From Planctomycetota bacterium (GTDB lineage: Bacteria > Planctomycetota > MHYJ01 > WSZJ01): a stretch of DNA of 64,000 bases. Under the pieces are notes generated by a model. That model was not told where the DNA came from, did not search any database, and saw only the letters and a program-made list of their open reading frames with translations. This document shows positions 60,301-64,000 of this stretch, one piece after another. The stretch covers positions 127,145 to 191,144 of the forward strand of contig JBBTCT010000031.1 in assembly GCA_038060895.1 (NCBI GenBank), given 5' to 3'. The number at the start of each line of letters is the position of its first letter. Positions within the stretch are counted from its first letter, which is position 1. The translations under genes were made by a program, and so were the position numbers.

Positions 60301-60547
60301 AAGAGACTTCGTCGCGCACCCACGCGAACGCCTTCTCCTTCGTGCCCAGTTCTTTCGCGGCCGACGGGACGTCCAGCCCCGGCCACTCAACCTGGCTGCG
60401 AAGGCGGAGAAGCGCTTCAAGGAGGTCCGTCGACTTTGGCTTTTCGGCAATTCCGCCGCACGAACGCAGAAACGCGACGAGCGCGACGACTGAAACCGCG
60501 CCGGCGGAGATCGCCATCCATGTGCGGCGTTTGTGTGCGGCGGGCAT
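57371..60547 (-). CDS. Transglutaminase-like plus VWA domain protein
   Basis: YRGAWGGAEGTLRTRIGNSTDKALLL; MIDAS DVSGS..T..TDG. Confidence 0.7.
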   Translation of the reverse strand: MPAAHKRRTWMAISAGAVSVVALVAFLRSCGGIAEKPKSTDLLEALLRLRSQVEWPGLDVPSAAKELGTKEKAFAWVRDEVSYVGYRGAWGGAEGTLRTRIGNSTDKALLLRALLRELGYDARLARADFPQGEAPRPVEAKLPDFPALNEIRALIGPPSGRPAPDGGAAARAGRDEAAAALVKMRKALTELGVEGMDSAPNGAYLQEPAAPEVAWVWVQARLAGAPDAAWEDLDPVFPGRKRPEGVTQDWTPQPAMLAIEVEAADERGRVRPLARWQGAASDAIGHEISLMFLPGTCSPDRLAKLESPAQVGLWNTILQVGPAVDRKGAFTATGAVLTQKDGRVLLGDGAVLAPQEAGRPRPPVPLDRVVVGGVDASRWPRVRLQFGITSKERPSWHHEHINVRPPGGPRLPVRLESAQTDPRPLLLLLDVSGSMTEDDGGRRMVLAREALRRLVEALNPEQEVGLMTFSGAAWCRMRVPIAPLKGQREALLQEIAGVGSEGIGTGIYYAVDRAANSCTRPSVILLVTDGADTSDSGAQGRQAAAKPVRDAGHSLVSVGIGGADPVAMRDLARRVENAYIEVQKLDSLVEILGAIGNDLSGGLGVSFEAPPGAKPGDRVKLAVIVAGYAQPLEVEVTVPAESAPAGAATSRIVLRVEMQGGGLDKPRRFQRTLQDLSPGFDRWELISHRRIGFSVAPPTARVRLAREVDELIETIRTRLWAAGGPKPVEFAAARGVSSRTCRLQHDLFHGLAASLPEDLKLAWTGPAVFLETSQVRGEGGEAAALRETLDVLASCLGPPDSATGAQHALFGLTLPAVEAAILGGKSANVEMLQAPSLSTALSSEGVPPGFEDWFAAGWCVAITPPGPPGTAWLYPRSGELRTILRPARAKGASVEKIAADFKRIRSVLKLYGALGSGVLSGIASPNSALFSALCNFFDEQMKLWCYSSVMLGLVAEGIEAGDFDAEKSSAYARKLCEIKGDMNDYWKNVVGAWGAGWVGGKWEDKMTEGATILFGDTWGVRFLFGAGTSYFNPISDKGTDLVIDALNSKYMPSVAPSR

Positions 60548-60676
60548 GAGGGCGGAAAAGGTATGCCTCGCGGGGGACGGCCGTCAAGCGAACGGCGGCC
60601 TGCAATCGCCTTGCGATGCCTGCACGAAGCGGGTACAAACCGCCCGTAGGGGAAATCCCTCCCTTCGGGAGAATTC

Positions 60677-61765
60677 GTGGGCGCCTTCCGTATCCTGCTC
60701 TGCTGGCTCGTCGTCGCCGCTCACGTGGACCCTGCGACCGCTTCGCATGCGGGCCCCGCGGCGGCCGACGCCGTGAGGTTTGCGGGGCCGTTCGCGCTGT
60801 TCTGCTTCTACGCGGTGAGCGGGTACTACATGACGCTCACGCTGAATTCGACGTACGCGGTGGCGGGCGGGCTGCGCGCTTACTACATCAACCGCGCGAT
60901 CCGGATTCTCCCGCTTTACGTCGCGCTCCTCGCCATCTGCGCACCGCTTGCGTTCCTGAACGACAACCCGACACGGGAAGCCTGGGCCCAACTGAGCGGT
61001 GCCAGCAAGGTCGCGGCCGCTGCGGGGCAGGTCGTTCCGCTGGGGCAGGAAGCGTTCACGTGGCTGCAGATCGTCGGGGGATCGCTTGCGCCAACCAGCG
61101 ACTTCCGGACGACCGCTTCGCCGGCCTGGCACCTCATGATCCTGCCGACGTGCTGGTCGCTCTCGATCGAGTGCTGGTTTTACCTTTTCGCCCCGCTGCT
61201 CGTACGCCGGAGCGCCGCGGCGCGGTGCGGGATTGCCGCCGTGTCGCTGGGCCTCTGGGGCGTCGTCTTCGCGATGAAGCTCCCGCCGGACCCTTGGATT
61301 TTCCGCATTTTCCCGGCCGCGCTCGTGTTTTTCATGGCCGGGTCGCTCACGCGCACTCTGCACGAGAAGCGCAAGGAGCGCGTCGCCGCCGTCGCGACGA
61401 GTGCGGGCGCGCCCCTGACGATTGCGGTCTTCCTGGCGCTCCCGGTTCTGTACCGGCTCTACGCCGCGGGCCACCCGGGCGCCGAAACAGTCGCGCTCCT
61501 CATCCCGCTCTTCGCGATCGCCCTCGCGATGCTCCCGGTGCTCTTCGAACGGTCGTCGTCCCAGACCGTGCTCGGCCGCATCGACCGATTCCTCGCCGAC
61601 CTCGCCTACCCGATCTTCCTCGTACACTACTCGGTGCTGCGCCTGACGGACTGGAAGCACCCGTTCGCGATCCTCGGCGCAAGCGCGGTGGTGGGCGCGG
61701 TGGCGCTGCTTCTCGTCGACAGGCCGATGGCGCGCTTCAAGGCGAAGACAGCTACCGCCGCCTGA
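60677..61765 (+). CDS. Acyltransferase 3 family
   Basis: FYAVSGY, RAIRILP, WSLSIECWFY, YPIFLVH. Confidence 0.85.
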   Translation: MGAFRILLCWLVVAAHVDPATASHAGPAAADAVRFAGPFALFCFYAVSGYYMTLTLNSTYAVAGGLRAYYINRAIRILPLYVALLAICAPLAFLNDNPTREAWAQLSGASKVAAAAGQVVPLGQEAFTWLQIVGGSLAPTSDFRTTASPAWHLMILPTCWSLSIECWFYLFAPLLVRRSAAARCGIAAVSLGLWGVVFAMKLPPDPWIFRIFPAALVFFMAGSLTRTLHEKRKERVAAVATSAGAPLTIAVFLALPVLYRLYAAGHPGAETVALLIPLFAIALAMLPVLFERSSSQTVLGRIDRFLADLAYPIFLVHYSVLRLTDWKHPFAILGASAVVGAVALLLVDRPMARFKAKTATAA

Positions 61766-63887
61766 GCTGATCGATCGACTTCAGGATCTGCTCCGCCCCA
61801 TGGTGACCGGGACGCAGCTCCAGCGCACGACGGGCGAGATTCTCCGCTTCGTCGATGGAAGCGGGGTCTCCGCGATCCAGCAGCAGCCTCGCGAGATCGA
61901 CCATGATCTCCGCATTGTCGACCGCTTCGAGGGCGTCACGAAGCGTCCGGATGGCTCCGTTCTGGTCGCCGCGCGAGAGGTACCAGATTGCGAGGTTCCG
62001 TCTTGCAGGCGCGTACTTCGGAGAGAGGCGGATCGCCTCGCGGAATTCGTCCTCCGCCCCCGCCTCGCTTCTCTGCCCAAGGAACGCGCCCAGGTTGCTG
62101 TGCGCTTCCGGGTAATCGGACCAGCAGCGGATCGCGTGCTCGTAGCACTGGCGCTGGGCCGGTTCACGAAAGAGGGCGTGAAGGGTTCCGAGGCGGTAGC
62201 TCCGGATGGCGGCCGACCTGCGCGCGCCTTCGCCCCAGGGCCAGACACCGCCGGGCTCTTTCGCATCGCATGCAGGGGCCGCGACGAGTTCTGGGCCGGA
62301 AGCGAGCCGCTTCACGAGGTCTGCATTCGGCCCAGCCCGCTTTGCAAACACCACGGCGCATTCGTCGCGCCACACGAGGGCCCAGTCCGGAGAAGCGGCG
62401 AGCCAGGCGATCGCGGGGCGGACGCCGTGCGACTGATGCGTCAGAAGGGCGATCTCAAGGCTGTAGCGCGCGGCGTAGGCTTCGAAATGCTCCTGCGGAT
62501 TCTCGGCCGCGTCGTCGAACTCTTTGAGCGTCTCGAGGTTCCAGTCGCCCTCCGCGTTCATGCAGGGGAGGGACCTGGGGAAGCGAGCGAGGTTGTAGTA
62601 CGGGCCGGCGTCCCAGTTCACGAAGGCGTGCCCTTTGAATCCCTCGCGATCGAGAAAGTCGCAGGCGTCGACGGGGAGGGAGAGGCGCGACAGGCCGAGC
62701 CCGGCGCGGCGCGCAGTGCGCTCGCCGATGGCAGCGAGGTCGGACGTCCAGTAAATCTCGGCCGCCGCGAAGGCCGCGAGGAGCGCCGCCGCGGCGCCGA
62801 AACGGGCGAAGCGGGATTGCGCGGCGTCGAGGCGGGACAGGAGATCGGTCGCAACCTCGTGCAGGTTGCGGGCGATCACCGGGAAGAGGAGCACGCCGGC
62901 AATCGCGATGTTCCGGCGGATCGAAAATGCGGCGAGTGCGCCTGCGACGAAGAGCACGCCGTCCATGAACCGCGCTCGGCGTCGGTTCGCGAGGAGAAGA
63001 ACTGCGGCGAGAGGGACGATGACCCACACCGCGCGCAGCGAGATGCTCGGGAACGCGAGGTCGGCGGTCACGCCGTGCATCTCCGTGATCCAGCCGCGGT
63101 ACCAGTCGGGGCCGCTTTGCGAACGCAGCATGTATTCCGCTGTAATGGTCAGGATCCGCCAACCCTGCGGGTTGAAGAGCAGCGCAATCACCGAAGCGAG
63201 CGCGGCCAGCCCCCACGTCTTCGCGTCGCGCCGCTCCCGTTTCCACAACGCCGCCAGCAGCGGGAAAAGCAGCAGCCCCGGGAGCAACACGTTGATCGAG
63301 TGCAGGTTCGCGCCGACGAGCGCGATCGCCGGCGCAGCCCAGACCCACTTCCCCGCCGCACTCCCCCTGGCCGTCAGGGCCAGCATCGCCGCGAGGGCGA
63401 AATGCACACCGAGTTCCGACCTGATGTCCCACCGCTCGTACATCAGAAGCGCTGCGAAGAAAGTCGCGAGCGCGCAGGCCCAGGGACCGGCGGGGCGCGA
63501 AGCAAACCAGAGAAGCGCGAACGTAAGCGCGACGAACGCGATCTTCACGAGCGTCAGGCCGGTCCAGCCGCCAATCGAGTACACGACCCAGGTCCCGACC
63601 TGGAAGAGCCACCGGTCCTGGTAAGTGAACCCGGGCCGCTTCGCCGTGATGAACACCTCGGGCGCCGGGAGGGCCTTCTCCTGGAGGATCCAGCGCCCCT
63701 TCGCGAGGTGCAGCCCGACGTCGTAGTTGAAGACATCGCAGGCACCGAGGGCGAAAAGGAATCCGAGAACGGTGAGACCCCAGAGGATCCAGGCGCGGCG
63801 ACCGGTGGGGATGGCGGGCGCAGGAACCGACGCCTCACCCGGCGGCGGTGCATCGGCAGGCGAAGGCTCGGGCGCGGGGTCGGGCAT
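61752..63887 (-). CDS. Multi-TM GT-C-like membrane protein with C-terminal TPR
   Basis: DVGLHLAKGRWI, ANLH, many TMs, TPR tail. Confidence 0.7.
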   Translation of the reverse strand: MPDPAPEPSPADAPPPGEASVPAPAIPTGRRAWILWGLTVLGFLFALGACDVFNYDVGLHLAKGRWILQEKALPAPEVFITAKRPGFTYQDRWLFQVGTWVVYSIGGWTGLTLVKIAFVALTFALLWFASRPAGPWACALATFFAALLMYERWDIRSELGVHFALAAMLALTARGSAAGKWVWAAPAIALVGANLHSINVLLPGLLLFPLLAALWKRERRDAKTWGLAALASVIALLFNPQGWRILTITAEYMLRSQSGPDWYRGWITEMHGVTADLAFPSISLRAVWVIVPLAAVLLLANRRRARFMDGVLFVAGALAAFSIRRNIAIAGVLLFPVIARNLHEVATDLLSRLDAAQSRFARFGAAAALLAAFAAAEIYWTSDLAAIGERTARRAGLGLSRLSLPVDACDFLDREGFKGHAFVNWDAGPYYNLARFPRSLPCMNAEGDWNLETLKEFDDAAENPQEHFEAYAARYSLEIALLTHQSHGVRPAIAWLAASPDWALVWRDECAVVFAKRAGPNADLVKRLASGPELVAAPACDAKEPGGVWPWGEGARRSAAIRSYRLGTLHALFREPAQRQCYEHAIRCWSDYPEAHSNLGAFLGQRSEAGAEDEFREAIRLSPKYAPARRNLAIWYLSRGDQNGAIRTLRDALEAVDNAEIMVDLARLLLDRGDPASIDEAENLARRALELRPGHHGAEQILKSIDQLRRR

Positions 63888-63914
63888 GGGCGCGCGTGAG
63901 TCTAGCACGGTAGA

Positions 63915-63995
63915 GGGCGGGCGGGCAGGCGGGCGGGCAGGCGGGCAGGCGGGCGGGCAGGCGGCCAGGCGGGCGGGCAGGCGGGCAGGCGGGCA
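63915..63995. repeat. GGCG/GGCA tandem repeat (8/12-nt units)
   Basis: (GGCG)1-2GGCA repeated about 8 times up to the window edge. Confidence 0.85.
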
Positions 63996-64000
63996 CGCGG

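Noticed and set aside
61800-63899. 699-aa plus-strand ORF
   Set aside because: Shadow of the membrane/TPR gene

Overview
High-GC bacterial chromosomal window, probably from a Planctomycetota-like organism (inferred from the HEAT-tailed and prenyltransferase-repeat proteins). Left to right: (1) 0-7.9 kb, small stress/membrane-protein genes mixed with several decayed genes, a methyltransferase/FAD-oxidoreductase pair, cls and a metallophosphoesterase; (2) 8-14.3 kb, an RcnR/RcnA nickel-cobalt locus with an atypical heavy-metal RND pump (adaptor without alpha-hairpin, no outer-membrane factor gene); (3) 14.8-25.8 kb, a Wsp-like chemosensory operon feeding histidine kinases; (4) 25906-38442, a 12.5-kb element integrated at tRNA-Phe with 46-bp att repeats, integrase, primase-helicase, iterons and several HTH genes but no virion or conjugation genes. 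Its cargo looks defensive: an unknown third gene plus hicA-hicB, a GmrSD-like nuclease, and a TPR fusion protein coupled to an ADP-ribosyltransferase-like gene; (5) tRNA-Phe, preceded by a sigma70 promoter, a Phe-rich short ORF and a perfect 44-bp inverted repeat, which may be an undescribed tRNA attenuator; (6) 38.8-64 kb, mostly housekeeping genes (P-type ATPase, ctpA, tsaD, larB, tRNA-Leu, radical SAM, truB, ruvX, manC) and large hypothetical proteins. The best candidates for novel systems are the TPR/ART-like pair, the tripartite HicAB module, the tRNA-Phe leader and the RND pump. All family calls come from motif recognition by eye; no searches were run.
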